From NCBI GenBank assembly GCA_951406725.2, contig OX597826.1:38750001-38814000 (forward strand): a stretch of DNA of 64,000 nucleotides, in the 5' to 3' direction. The notes below the pieces were generated by a model. It was not told the DNA's origin and searched no databases. It was given only the letters and a program-made list of their open reading frames with translations. Both the position numbers and the translations under genes were made by a program. Positions 24,931 through 38,529 of the stretch are shown here, piece after piece. The stretch's first letter is position 1. Each line of letters opens with the position of its first letter. The DNA comes from Octopus vulgaris (taxonomy: Eukaryota).

Positions 24931-26559
24931 AAAAGTTATTCTAGATAACCATATTCAAATATTTATTAGGGTAATGCTATCTCTTCACCCGATGTGCACA
25001 ACACATCATAACAGAATACTAATGCTCCTTTATCAGTATTTTCCTGCTCATCCACTTTTTATAAACTGTCAAAAAGTAAAATTATATCAATGAAAAACTA
25101 TATCAATTTTCCTCCTCTGTCTTCAGACAGAGGAGGAAAATTACCAATAAAGCAGTAGTATATAAATTAAATTATATCAATCGGAAAGCAGTGCAGGAAA
25201 TATGAGTGAATCAGTTTGAAGTAAAAGGAGTCTGACCAGGTTCACACATGAGAAACACCTTAAGCAAACTGTGAGTCTCATCAATTCAATTGTGTTGAAC
25301 ATATCGTGATGTTTTCAAAAACATGACAATTTGTCTGTCCCACCTCTTTTCAATCCTCACAACAATCTGGGGCTCATTTTCCCCTATGGAAAATATTGTT
25401 ATAATGTATCCTGGATATAAACAGAACTATAACTGAAGGCTAAGAAACGTTCCAATTGGTTAGGAACATTTTTAGTTGGAAGCAGGAACAAACTGCAAGT
25501 CTATAAGAATCTGTGAAGACATAGCTATTTGAGTTGGTTGCTAAAGATGATGTGAAATGTTCAAATTTTGCCCAACACTATGGCAATGAAAGCAGATTCT
25601 ATTTTGGTTTCTCATTAAAGGAGTGGGAGATGGGTCAAAAAAAATTTAGTATTATTTCAGTGAAGGTTGATTTGGGTGAGTAGAAACAATTGTGCTGATG
25701 CATTCCAAATTTGTGGGGAGGGTGTTATTCCAAAAGCCAGGAGAGAAAATGAAAAAGTGAAATTTTTGGAAAACTATTTCTCAGTACTTTGGCTGTTATT
25801 TCTGGCAAGCTGAATAATGATATTGAGGCCTCTCTCTTTTCATCTACTGGTTTGACAAACACCCACACATGTGAAAATGAGCAATAGAGTTTTAAAAACA
25901 TCTGGAATATTGTATAGGCATGAGAAAATTATTCTAAAAGCCAAAAGGTAAAGTGGCAGGATTCTAGCAAAATCAAAATTTTGACATTTTTTTTTTCTTT
26001 TCAGAATCATATTCTCTACACTTTGTCAGTAGAATTCTAAAAAAGCATTTTTGCAAAAAGCATAGAACAAAAAATTTGGGTGGGGACTGAAATTTTTAAA
26101 AGCTATTTTGAGAGAAAATTATAATCTTTTTTGTTGATAACAGGATTTCTAAGACATTCTAAAAATATAATAATACAAAAGGGACTGAATGCATATTCAA
26201 CATGTTCATTCCCAATTTCTTTTACCTTTCAACTATTTATATTCAATAATTGCTCATACAAACTACCACCACCACTTTGCTTGGATACTACTATTTACTT
26301 TATGTTTATGTATGTGTGTATATCTATACACATATGCACACACACACACACACATACACACACATACACACACACACACACACACATATGAATAGAATAG
26401 ATAAGAGAAATGAGGTGAGAGAACACATGTTTATTCCATTCATTTAAAACTGTTCCATAATCTTGCTACTTATATAATAGATATTACATCAACATTCTCA
26501 AGCATATAAAATATAGATATAAATATGTCTGTGTGTGTACAGGGAGCTGAGAATATTCT

Positions 26560-26930
26560 GAAGTGATGGGAAGAGGCCAGATGGTCTTACCATTTGTCCC
26601 TAGGTAAGAGGTAGGTGTCTCATCTGGGTCATTATAGTCTGTGACTCCTTTTCCCCCTCCCACATCCTGGATGCTGCAGTAAATGGGAGGGTCATTGCTT
26701 CTGTAGTTGAATGGAACAAAATCCTTAAGTATCAGGACTCCTGAATATTCTTCCAGCCTGTGGCATTTGAGATGTTTGGAGGGACGGGAGCAGGTTTCTT
26801 GTCATCATGGCAGTTTTGCCCTATCAAGGGCAATCTGTCATGTGAAGTCCATGTGGGTGCTAGGCTGTTCCAATACCTTAGCCTTGCAAGCTCATCATAA
26901 TGCTGCAAGCATATTGGCTTGCTTCAGTAG
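26560..26930 (+). mobile_element. CRE-like non-LTR retrotransposon RLE-domain remnant
   Basis: Across frames: SDGKRPDGLT...CDSFSPSH...KILKYQD...FQPVAFEMFG...NAASILA. Confidence 0.6.
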
Positions 26931-27118
26931 GTTCCATTGAACCATGTGTTGTGCTACTAATTAAAGTACTTTGTGTTGAATTGATGTTTTTTTTCTTTTT
27001 TTTCTTTCTTCACTCATGTTTATGTTTTTTTCAGTTTGGGATTTGCATTTTAATGTGGTTTTGTATAATATATGTATCATATACATACATCTTATATATG
27101 TAATTATTAAATCATCTA

Positions 27119-27123
<5 letters not shown>

Positions 27124-27212
<89 letters not shown>
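27124..27212. repeat. (TA)n(TG)n microsatellite
   Basis: Seen directly. Confidence 0.95.
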
Positions 27213-27213
<1 letters not shown>

Positions 27214-27513
27214 GAGGTGCAATGGCCCAGTGGTTACGGCAGCAGACTCACGGTCATAGGATCGTGGTTTCGATTCCCAGACCAAGCGTTGTGAGTGTTT
27301 ATTGAACGAAAACACCTAAAGCTCCACGTGGCTCTGGCAGGGGGTGGTGGCGATCCCTGCTGTACTCTTTCGCCACAACTTTCTCTCACTCTTTCTTCTG
27401 TTGGCCTGCTTGCTTAGCCAGTGGGGTGCCATCATTTGAAGGCTAAAACAATGCAAAGCGCATTGTGACCAGCGATGTGTAGCAACATCTGATAGCCTGG
27501 TCGTTCACGGTGA
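27213..27513 (+). mobile_element. tRNA-derived SINE (family C)
   Basis: A box tggcccagtgg and B box ggtttcgattccc; embedded in microsatellite. Confidence 0.7.
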
Positions 27514-27534
27514 TATATATATATATATATATAT

Positions 27535-27711
27535 ATCATCGTTTAACGTCCGTTTTCCATGATGGCATGGGTCGGATGGTTTGACTGCAGTCTGGAGAAC
27601 CAACAGCTGCACCAGGCTCCAATCTGATCTGGCAATGTTTCTACAGCTGGATGCCCTTCCTAACGCCAACAACTCCGAGAGTATAGTGGGTGCTTTTTAT
27701 GTACCACTGGC
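27535..27711 (-). repeat. RTE-tail-like repeat
   Basis: Reverse complement of 18430-18619. Confidence 0.7.
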
Positions 27712-28000
27712 AGATTCCTGAGCAGCATGATTGGGGCCCCCCTTTCAAGTGTTAAGCAGTGAGGCAGCATCCCAGATGGGCTGCAGTGAGTTCAGGAACT
27801 CAGCCAGAAAAACCACAACCCAGTCCTGATCAATGACAGCGTCGAGGAATTTGAAAGACTGCTCCTGCCTGGGCAACAGCTGCAAGAGATCCAAGTTGAT
27901 CTTGTTGACAGCATCACTACGTGGAGCCAAGATGGCTCACTTACAGAGCCATCGACTGTTACTAAAGCTTGGTGCAATGCTTTGGATCAGAAAGACCATG
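27712..28000 (-). pseudogene. PIF1-like (Helitron) helicase fragment
   Basis: APRSDAVNKIN...AEFLNSLQP then (frameshift) GMLPHCLTL..GAPIMLLRNL. Confidence 0.8.
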
Positions 28001-29394
28001 TAAGTTGGAATTTCTTTGTTTTGACAGATACTTTTCCTTTTTCTTTTCATTACACCCTTCAAAATGATTGGGGGCATCCTTTTATGAAAAAACAGTTTTG
28101 AAAATGTATGAATTTTTTTCATTCATATAACCCCTCATAACTTTTTTATTTCTTTTGAATTTTCAGAAATTTTTTATGAATTTGTGTTCTACATATAGGA
28201 ATTAAAAGATGATGCAAAACCCCACCAAAAATTTATTTGGTGAGATTTAAGGGCTATTTAGCTGTTATTTTTAGCACATTTTATGCTTACCATATACTTA
28301 CCGCCTTTCTTTGTCACTTGGACGTATTGATGTTTTTCAAAATCTTTCTCCCCATAGGGATTTAATCAAAAATTTCTGATTTTTAAAAAATTTTAAAAAG
28401 AAATTTTTTTTTCATAATCGTATGAATTCCTGTGTGTAGCACACAAATACACAAACATTTTCTGAAAATTCCAAAAATAAAAAAATCACAAGGGGTTATA
28501 TAGGGTGCTTAAACCAGAATTCCACCAAAATTAAAATTCAAAATAAAGGCTAATTAGGTCTACAGAAAAAAAAATGAATAAAAGCAAGTAGATAAAAAGA
28601 AAAAAGGCTGCTATGAGAAAAAGAACAGAGAGGAAAAAATAATAGAACAAGAGTGAGAGAGGTAAAGAAAGTCGAAGTTAATGTTTATAAACTTCATGTA
28701 TCAGTATTTTATACCTTGAAGTTAAAAGGGTGGGAAAGGTTGATAGCAAACAAAACCTTAGAGATGAACAAGGTAAAAGTTATAAAGAGTATTAAATAAA
28801 GTAAATTAGAAACATATGAAGAAATAAGGCTCAAACATGCAGACACAGTAAAAATTACCAACAAAATACAATGTGTTAATGATCATTTCTGTCGGCCTTC
28901 ACTTTTTGAAATTTTGAACTTAAGTGAAAATTTTCAAATTTGGTACATTGGTGAAATTTTTCACCCTGAATCTAAAGCTATTATTCACTTGTCCCAGAAA
29001 AGTTTTAGAAAAATGTTACAGAGGTTTAATGTTTGATGATTTTTACCCAATCAGAATTAGCACTAGGAAGCTGGCAATTTCTGCTTGATGACAACATTAC
29101 AACAAAACATTCAATGACAAAAGTTTTAATAAGTTTTAAGGAATAAGTCATGTGAAACATTTGAACAGGCATGTAATGTGAAAAATTACAAAGAGAAAAA
29201 GAAAAGGAAACTGTAATTGAACATTCAGTCGTGAAAAACGAAAGGGCAGATACCCCATATAACTCCTTACTCATAACTTTATTCTTCGGAATTTTGTAAG
29301 AATTCCTGTGTGTGAAAGACACATACACAAAAATTTTCTGAAAATTCCAAAAATTCTTTTCTACTCTACACACAATGCCCAAACTTTTGGAGGT

Positions 29395-30447
29395 GGGAGC
29401 CAGTCAATTAGATCAACCCTAGTACACAACTGGTGCTTAAATTATCGACCCCGAAAGGACGGAAGGCAAAGTCGACCTCAGCAGATTTTGAATTCAAAAT
29501 GTAAAGACAGACGAAATACTGCTAAGCATTTCACCTGATGTGCTAACATTTCTGCCAGCTGGCCACCTTGGAAATTCCAAAAATTAAAAAAGCTATGAGG
29601 GGTAACAGAAAAATTTATTACTGCACATAAAGACAAACTGCATTGGCCTTTTAGAGTCAACAACAGCAATAATTCCTCTTTTGCTGGGATGTAAACAAAT
29701 GCCTCTTTAGTTCTAATTATCATCAGTATTTAATCCAGAATTCCTGAATCGGAAGTGGTTGAGATGTATAACTAATGCTGAAGTGATGGGAGTGGTGGGA
29801 GTTATTGCAGTGTTTAGTTACATATAGCACTTTATGTTCTAAGTACAAATGCTACCAAGGTCAACTTTGCCTTTCATTCATCTGGGGATCAATAAAATAA
29901 AGTAGCAGTCAAGTATGGGAGTTAATTTAATCAACTAAACACATCCCCTAAATTTTAAGCCTTGTGTCTATATCAAAAACAATTATAATCATTATTAGAT
30001 TGATAGAATCCTTAAAGCATGAGATAGTATAACTTGTAGAATTTATTTTAGTTCTTTCCATTCAAAATAATCCGCCATCCTTCTGAGGTCAATAAAATAA
30101 AATATTAATCAAGTACTGGAGTTGATTTAATCAACACCTGTATTTATGTCAATTTAATTGCCTGTTACCTCCCCAACAAAATTTCTGATCTAGCAGAATC
30201 ATTAGCATGTCATTTAGCAGCATTTTCTTCCATCTCTTTCTCTCTTGAGCTCAAATTCCTGCCAAGGCTGACTTTAGCTTTCATTCTTTTGGGATTAATA
30301 AAACAAATACAAGTTGTGCCTGATATCAAAATAATCAACTCCTCTCCCTCCCCACTAAAAAAACTTAAGGCCTTATGCCTATAGTAGAAAGGATAGTATT
30401 ACTATTCAAATGCTACTTGAGGTCAACTTTGCCTTTTATTTTTTGGG
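29395..30447. repeat. Cluster of degenerate family A SINE copies
   Basis: Repeated aggtcaactttgccttt / aaggcaaagtcgacctc cores. Confidence 0.6.
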
Positions 30448-30599
30448 GTTCTATTTGGAGGAAAAGTAATAACTTTCGGTGGGGATTTTTGACAAATATT
30501 ATGTCATTAAACATGGAAGCAGACCACAGAGAGTAGATAGCAGCTTTAATAATGTACCAGTCTAACAGTAATATGCTTACTTTAATGATGATGATGATA

Positions 30600-32590
30600 T
30601 TCAACATGTTATCCACATGCATGACACCAGCTAAGTCATTTGCACATTTCTCTGAATTACACACATGGAATAATACAGAGAAAATGTGGCACCTCAGAAA
30701 TAATACACATGCAATTGGGCATATTTACTTTGTTTCACTGAAGGAACAGGAGCGATTCTGAGAGCTTTATTGCATCATATTCCTGGAGCTACATCACATG
30801 AAGATATGAGAGCTATTAATGGTGTAGTTTTCTACATTTAGAAAGAGACTGCAGTGAAACTAGACTTATCAAATGATGACTGTGAATAACCATCTGACTA
30901 CGGAGTTTGCAAATGTTTCAACAACTCCATATCAGCTGCAAATATTTTTCTGCTCAGACAAATTATTTACAGCATTTGAGAGGCAACTTTCAGATCAGAT
31001 AACTGCTTTAGCAGCGGAAGATATCAATGATAGCATAGAACCACATACATTACAAAAAACTGAACTTATTTTAAGAGAATATGGTTGAACATCAAACAAT
31101 TCTCCTCCCTATGAGTACATCAAATTTGAATACTTTTAACATTAGTACAGGCAACCCATTCATTCTGCTAGATCTTAGAAATTTTCCACGGATTGAACAA
31201 AAGAATTTCTTTGATAAAAATGTCAAAACTTAAATTGTGGTCAACAAGTAACATTCCAGATCATTAAAGAGGCAATTCACAATTCAAAAGCAGATACGCA
31301 CAGTCTCAAGATTCTCACTGCTAAAACTTTGTTTATTGACGGGCCAGGTTAGTCAGGTAAAACTTTATGATGTCATTTTCTCCTATGTCCACAAAGAAGG
31401 AAAGATTGCAATATCAATTGCATTATCTGCCACAGCTGCATTGCTACTTGCTGGGGGGTACAATGGCTTCTTCTGCTTTCTCCCTTCCCTTCAATCCACT
31501 TAATGGTATCACATGTAATGTATCCATACGGAGTGACAAAGCAACAATCATTCAGGCTGATGTTATAATCTGGGATGTTTCTTCCCAGAGGCATTGGATA
31601 GAAGATAAGGGATCTTATGAAGATGTTTAATCCCAGGTTTGAACGTGTTCTATTTGGAGGAAAAGTAATAACTTTCGGTGGGGATTTTCGACAAATATTA
31701 TGTCATTAAACATGGAAGCAGACCACAGAGAGTAGATAGCAGCTTTAATAATTCATCCTTATGGAAACATGTTAAAAGAATTTAACAGACAAAATATGCA
31801 GTTTAAAATCATATGCACAAAATTCAGATCAACACAACCAAATTCAGTTCAACAACTTTATACTTCATGTAGGAAGTGGTTCCGTTGAAGCAAATGGTGA
31901 AATTATTATACCCCAGGGATATAATGTTGTTCATGATTTCAATGACCTCATTTCTCAGTTTTCAATTAAAATGTCATACAGGAATATATTACAGAGCCAG
32001 ATAGACTTTCAAAGATTGTTTTAGTACCCAAAAATATTGATATTGATCTCATCAATGAGGGAAACCTAAAACTGTTTCCATAAGGAAAAAAGGTTCTCTT
32101 TTGTAATGATCAATGTTAGCATCAGGATAACCCTTCAGAATTCACTACAGAGTACTTAAATACACTAAATATTTCAGGCTTACCATCACACATATTAAAA
32201 TTAAAGACTAATGCAATAATTATTCTCTTATGATTGACCAGGCTAATTGCAAGTGTAATGCTACATGTTTAGTTATTCAAGACATTCAAGAAAAAGTCAT
32301 TAAGGCAAAAATAACTCAAGGTCCACATCACAGAAAAACTATCTATATTGAGAGTTACACCTTCTTCAGTAGGTGAAAAGCTACCATTTACATTAGTTAA
32401 ATAACAATTAAATTAGCAATGACAAGAGCAAGCATGAAAAATTGCTTTTACCAAAGCCCATATTCACACATGGACAAAGATATGTTGCCTTCTCTAGAGT
32501 GCCCACAAGGGTTCCAGGATTGAACATGTATATACCAAACAACAAACATTCCACAAAGAATGTTGTTTACAAGAAAGTTCTCATTTAGAA
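30600..32590 (+). pseudogene. Helitron RepHel (PIF1 helicase) remnant with many stops and frameshifts
   Basis: FIDGPG*SGKT (~31330), LFGGKVITFGGDFRQIL, EYLNTLNISGLPSHILKLK, FTHGQRYVAFSRV, TKNVVYKKVL. Confidence 0.85.
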
Positions 32591-33499
32591 AGACTCTTCT
32601 GACAATGAAATATGAAACCAACAATACAGCAAACAGTATTTATCAACTCATCAGGCTTGGTGTCATTTACACACAAATTACAATATATGGAATCAACAAA
32701 ACAACAATTTTAAAAGCGTGGAGTGAATTTGAAGTTTGAAAGCAATCTAGCTTATTGTAACTATAAAATACTCAAACATGTATGGTATATAAACCTCTTT
32801 TTATCCTCCATTCTTTCTTTTTCTTTCGCAATTGGGGTAGCTATGTCTCCCTATCTTCCTCTCCAACTGTCTCTCCCTATCTTTCTAGCTGTTCTTTCTT
32901 AATTGGGTTACCATGTATCTCCTCAACAGCAAAAAACTTATCTCAATTCCTCTATTATACTTTAGCTTCTCACCACTCAAAGGATCTTGTTCTTGGAAGT
33001 TACTTGGAGATCCCACTGGTGCTGGTGTCATGTAAAAATTGTTGGCATTACACAGGGCATCCAACTGAAGAGACCATGCCACTGTGCTGGTGCTACATTA
33101 AAAGTACACAGTACATTCTGCAAAGTGGTTGGTGTTAGGATGGGCATCAAGCCATAGAAACCATACCAAAGCAGACACTGGACCTTGACATAGTTTTCTG
33201 TCTTGTCAGATCCTATCAAACTGTCCAACCTATGGAAAATGGACATTAAATAATCATGATGATTATGACTTCTATTGAGAATGCACAAATAATGAAATCA
33301 TACTTATGCAATAACTTTAACACAACCAACCCCATCAAAAGACAAAAAGATTCAGCATAAACATAATAATCACTAACAATATACAGCAATAGATTAAAAA
33401 AAAAATAATCCAGGTAAAAATATTTCTTTTATTTTAAGTTCATTAACTTTTTCATAATGTCAGTTTTAATAGTTTCTTTCAAAATTAGTATTACTTCCA

Positions 33500-34130
33500 T
33501 GTGTATATAAATATAAACAAACATTTGTTTTTTATAAGCACCAAAATGCGTATTGTAAGATATAAATAAGATGCTGATTTATTTTTGAAGACTCCAGCCA
33601 AGTGCTTTACCTTTAAGCTAAACTACCCGCAGACAAATCAATCTGCTTTTTAGACACCATAAAGCTAAATGTACATCCACATGTATATAAAGCACTTGAC
33701 CAGAGTCTTCAAGACATGTGGGTTCGATTCCCATGGTTGATTGTTGACAAATTTTTCTGCTTTGTAAGGGTAATTTACCCAACGTTTCTGCTGTTCTAAT
33801 GGTGTCTCTGCGTTCGAAAGTAAATTATCATCTTATTTGCATCTTTCAATACATATTTCAGCACTTATAAAAAACAAATGTTAGTTTGTTTATATTTATG
33901 TACATGTGGTTGTACAATTAGGCTTACAGCATCTAAAAAGTGGATTGATTTGTTGGTGGGAAGATTAGCTTAATGGCAAAGTACTTGGCTGGAATCTTCA
34001 AGAGATGTGGGTTTAAGTCCCATGATTATTTGTTGACAAATTTTTCTATATTATAAGGGTACATTACCCAATGTTTTTGCTGCTCTAACAGTGTCTCTGC
34101 ATTTGAAAATAAATTATCATCTTATTACTT
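33500..34130. repeat. tRNA-like repeat units in tandem and inverted arrangement
   Basis: tagcttaatggcaaag (A box) and gggttcgattccc (B box). Direct units at 33690-33840 and 33980-34130; 33510-33690 is inverted relative to 33820-34000. Confidence 0.65.
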
Positions 34131-35321
34131 CATTTGCATTCATTAAATACTTTCAGATTGTGAATAAATACCCAGTAACACAAAGAACAAACAATACAGA
34201 TCCCTCACAGCTATTGTAAAGATACCAGACTTTCAGAGCATAATTTGTAAGATTTTCCAATGAAACAAATGTATCTGATGGACTCACTAAAATGTCAGGA
34301 ATAATCTGAGGATTTTACATTAATCTAAGAAAATTTATGCATAACATATAATAATTCCAGTATACTTTGATAATGCACATAGTATTCCTTTCAATAGCAG
34401 TCAAATCTCCTTTAAACCACACTTAAAGTGTAGAACAACCATCTTCAGATATGTTACATACACTATCCTTCTTTGAACACTATTCCCACCAGCATGCCAC
34501 GTGTATACTTATGCACATATACTATAGGAATATATGATACAATGATATAAAAAGTAATATATATTATCTTAAAGATAGTGTATTCACACCAGTATACACA
34601 CACACACACACATATATATATATACAACTTTTCTTTTCTTTGTTTTAGTCATTGGACTGCAACCATGTAAATAGGAGTTCTAGTTGAATGAACCCCACCC
34701 TATCCAAACACTTATTTTTTAAGCCCTATATCCCAGTACTTATATTTTAAGCATGGTACTTATTCTATCAGTCTTTTTTGCCAAACCTCTTAGTTATGGC
34801 GACGTAAACAAACCAAGCGGTGGTGTGGGACAAACACAGGCACAAACACACACACACACACACACAGGTATGTATACGACAGACTTCTTTCATAAATATA
34901 GTTTACAATAAAAATTTTATTTCATTTTTATTAAAGTACAGGAGAGGTTGGGAAGGTGAAAGGAGAGAGCGAAGTGTAGTGTCGGAATGAAACAGGACGC
35001 TAAGCTAAGAGAAGTTAGTATAAGTTGTGGGCATAACAGGAGGAATGAACAGGTAGAAGAAAGTAACAACTGAGAAATGAAAAGTGAAAAATGAAAAGAT
35101 TGAAAAAATGAAAAGCTGAGGCAGTGTGAAAGGGCGTTACCTTGTGGTCTCTGTACTAGACCACAACTATGTTGCCTGAGATACACTAGCACGTTATTTT
35201 TATTAAAATACCGGTGACTTTAGTGATTACTACAGTCCATCAGCATTTATACTCCTGACTGTCACTCACTCCCACACTATTTGCTATTTTAGTCTCCCTT
35301 TACCAGATTGACCCAAGAGAC

Positions 35322-35633
35322 TCGGGACTCCCTTCGGTCACGACACTGACCATGGGATTGCACCTAGAAAGTTACCCTCCTTGTCACAAGTCTGGGCAAG
35401 GTGATTTATGGAAGACCAGCAGTCACCCATGCATACCGGCCTCTCCTCTCCACGCCACCAGTGTTATCCAAGGGAAAGGCAAAGGCCGATACAGCTTGGC
35501 ACCCATGATGTCGTAACTCATTTGTACAGCTGAGTGAATTGGAGCAACGTGAAATAAAGTGTCTTGCTCAAGAACACAACACGCAGCCCGATCGTAAGCT
35601 TGACGCTCTAACCACTGAGCCATGCGCCTTCAC
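35322..35633 (-). mobile_element. tRNA-derived SINE (family D) with 13-bp TSD
   Basis: Minus head gaaggcgcatggctcagtggttagagcg; TSD tgacccaagagac at 35309 and 35634. Confidence 0.8.
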
Positions 35634-35734
35634 TGACCCAAGAGACACACATTGCATTTTATTATATGTAAAAAGAATATTTCTATATATTGCATACTCA
35701 ATTTGTTGCCGGAGGTATCACTAATTCTTTCAAA

Positions 35735-36120
35735 TTTTTGCCACAAGGGCAGCTTGGGGAGGTGGGACGAGTCAACTACATTGACCCCAGTGTGTAACTG
35801 GTACTCATTTTATCAACCTTGAAAGAATGAAAGGCTAAGTTGACCTCAGTGGAATTAGAACTCAGAACATAGCGGCAGGCAAAATACCTATTTTTTTACT
35901 GCCCACAAGGGGCTACACACAGAAGGGACAAACAAGGACAGACAAACGGATTAAGTCGATTATATCGACCCCCAGTGCGTAACTGGTACTTATTTAATCG
36001 ACCCCGAAAGGATGAAAGGCAAAGTCGACCTCAGCGGAATTTGAACTCAGAACGTAGCGGTAGGCAAAATACCGCTAAGCATTTCGCCTGGCGTGCTAAT
36101 GACTCTGCCAGCTCACCAGC
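35735..36120 (-). mobile_element. Dimeric/nested family A SINE
   Basis: Two cores joined at aaatacc|tattttt (~35888). Confidence 0.8.
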
Positions 36121-36259
36121 TGTTCACTTCCCTTGAACTAAGGTGGTACTTTCCAAATCCCAAGAATTTTTTACACACAGTCTTAGTAATGCTATTTTCT
36201 AGATATGCTCAATTTTCAGTTTTATTCCTATCATTTCCAACCAATTTATAAAGTTTTTT

Positions 36260-37835
36260 CCTTACTGTTTTTTGAACAAATTATTCAGGGGTGCTCTCAA
36301 ATCATGCATATTCGGTATGTATACCTGGTAGTAATTTGCAAGCCCCAAAACTGCTTGTAATGTAGTAATGTTTGTCAGGAAAAGCATATTTTTTATTGCA
36401 CTTGCCCTTGATGAGTCTAGTCTACATCCATTTTCATCAATAATCTGCCCTAGATATTTTATTCTTGGCATAAAAAATTCACACTTTTCCTCACTGAGCT
36501 TAAACCCATAATCTTTTATTTTTTCAAATACCTTTCTAACATGCTCTGCATGCTGACCATGAGATTCACTTTTTATAAGCATGTTATCAAGGTAAGCTAT
36601 TGCGAAATCCAAACCTGCAAGCATAGTATCCATAACGTGTTGGAAAATACCTGGTGCTACCTTTATACCAAAAGGAAGTCGACTAAATTTATACAATTAT
36701 TAGTTATTTTGAACATTCCTCAACTGGTACCAGCAGGTATGCTTCAGATAGGTTCAACTTCAGAAAAAATTTTCCTCCATTCAACTTCATGAAAATTTTT
36801 TCCAGACTTGGTAAGAGGTAATTATATGGCATCAAACATTCATTTGACCCTGTTGAAAGAGCAGCACATACATAGATTTTATTTTTTTTTTTTTTTCAAG
36901 ACATAAACTGTTAGGGATGCCCATTCAGTGTAATCAATATTTTCAATAACCCCAAGCTTTTCATGTCTATCCAATTCTTCATTAACTTGTTTCAATGCTT
37001 CAAAAGGTACAGTCCTTTTTGGCTTAAATACCAGTATAGAATTTTCTTTTACTTGGAACTTTTGTTTTGGCGCAAAGACCTAATTCATCAGAAAAAAAAC
37101 TTCAAGAGTAATCTTTTTTAATTCCTCTGATGCCTTATCTGTACTGGCAGGACAACCATTCACATTTTTACAAAATAAAATTCATGGGGAGATCTCATAA
37201 GTTAAATAATTCCATTCAGTCTGTTCGAAATAAATTTGTCATATTATCCAGCACAAAAAATTTGGCTTTTAAGGTTTTTCCACAAAATGTAACATCACTT
37301 ATCATTTCACTATTAAAATGCAATTTTTTCCTCGGGTTTCTGATTTTCTCCGCATATTGTGATATCACTGCCCATATCCAACTGTAACTTCATATTCACA
37401 TTATTGATTTTTATGAACACAGATTTTCTGAGCCTCACTTAGATTTTTTTGTTGACAATACGTTCTTGCCAGAATTTTTTTGCTTGACCTTTCTTTTTGT
37501 TTCAACACTCAAAACATTTTATATTTTTAAGAGGACAGTTACATTTAAAATGTAAGCCTCCACACCCATAGAATAGATTAGGTCTTGACATTTGTTTTTC
37601 ATTTTTCTTATCTATTACAAGTTGACATGCATGAATATGGGACCAATCTTTTTCTTCAATTTTATCCATATCATGTCTTAAATTTATAATCCTCTGGCAT
37701 TCTTCTGCTACTACCTGTAGAGTTAATTTTTGGTCCTGTTCTAATTTTGTTAATATCCAGGAACATTATATCTGCATCTTTGTTAGCAGTTAGCCCTTGA
37801 ACAAAAATTAGATATTTGAACATGTCTGGGGGTAA
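36260..37835 (-). mobile_element. Ty3/gypsy remnant (gag end, Cys knuckle, protease, RT)
   Basis: PDMFKYLIFVQGL; YGCGGLHFKCNCP; LQLDMGSDI; RLPFGIKVAPGIFQ..AYLDNML..KCEF..IKYLG. Confidence 0.85.
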
Positions 37836-38019
37836 TATAATACATATAATTACATATAATATTTCTATTATATGTAATTTTCTAGATGGTGTAATTTAAT
37901 TGTTCATTTTGAATTAATAAAAGGTGGTTTTGTTCTAACTTTATATATATATATACACAACAAATATGTATTAAGAAAATTGCATCTTTATTTTAATATA
38001 TATATATATGTATATATAT

Positions 38020-38185
38020 AGGTGCAGGAGTGGCTGTATGGTAGTAGCTTGATTACCAGTACATGGTTCCAGGTTCATTCCAACTGCATGGCACCTTGGG
38101 CAAGTGTCTTCTACAATAGCCTTGGGCCGACCAAAGCCTTGTGAGAGGATTTAGTAGACAGAAACTGAAAGAAGCCCGTTGTATA
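38020..38185 (+). mobile_element. Family B SINE, 5' half
   Basis: ggtgcaggagtggctgtatggtag...gaaactgaaagaagcccg. Confidence 0.75.
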
Positions 38186-38529
38186 TATATAGGAGAGGAA
38201 ACAATAATAAGCCAGAATGCTAAACTGAAAGTAAATTTTAATAAAAATGGGTGTATGAAAAATTAAAAAAGAAGAAATCAAACTGGCTTTCATTGCAAGG
38301 CAAATTTTCAAGATTTGGGAGGGAAAACATTTTTTGGGGAATTGAGGAAGGGGAAAAAAGAAATTTACAATGTTTTTTTCAAAAAACTAATAAATATATA
38401 CAAAAATTAATAAGTTTACCAATACATTGTAGTGTCTTTATGCTTTTAGAGTTCAATATCAGTCCATTTTACTGATAAAAATAATGAGAATGACGAATCC
38501 TTAGTGAAAAATAAAACAAAATTTAAACA

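Noticed and set aside
26131-26447. His/Thr-repeat ORFs
   Set aside because: (CA)n microsatellite artefacts, like most 60-100 aa ORFs in the track.
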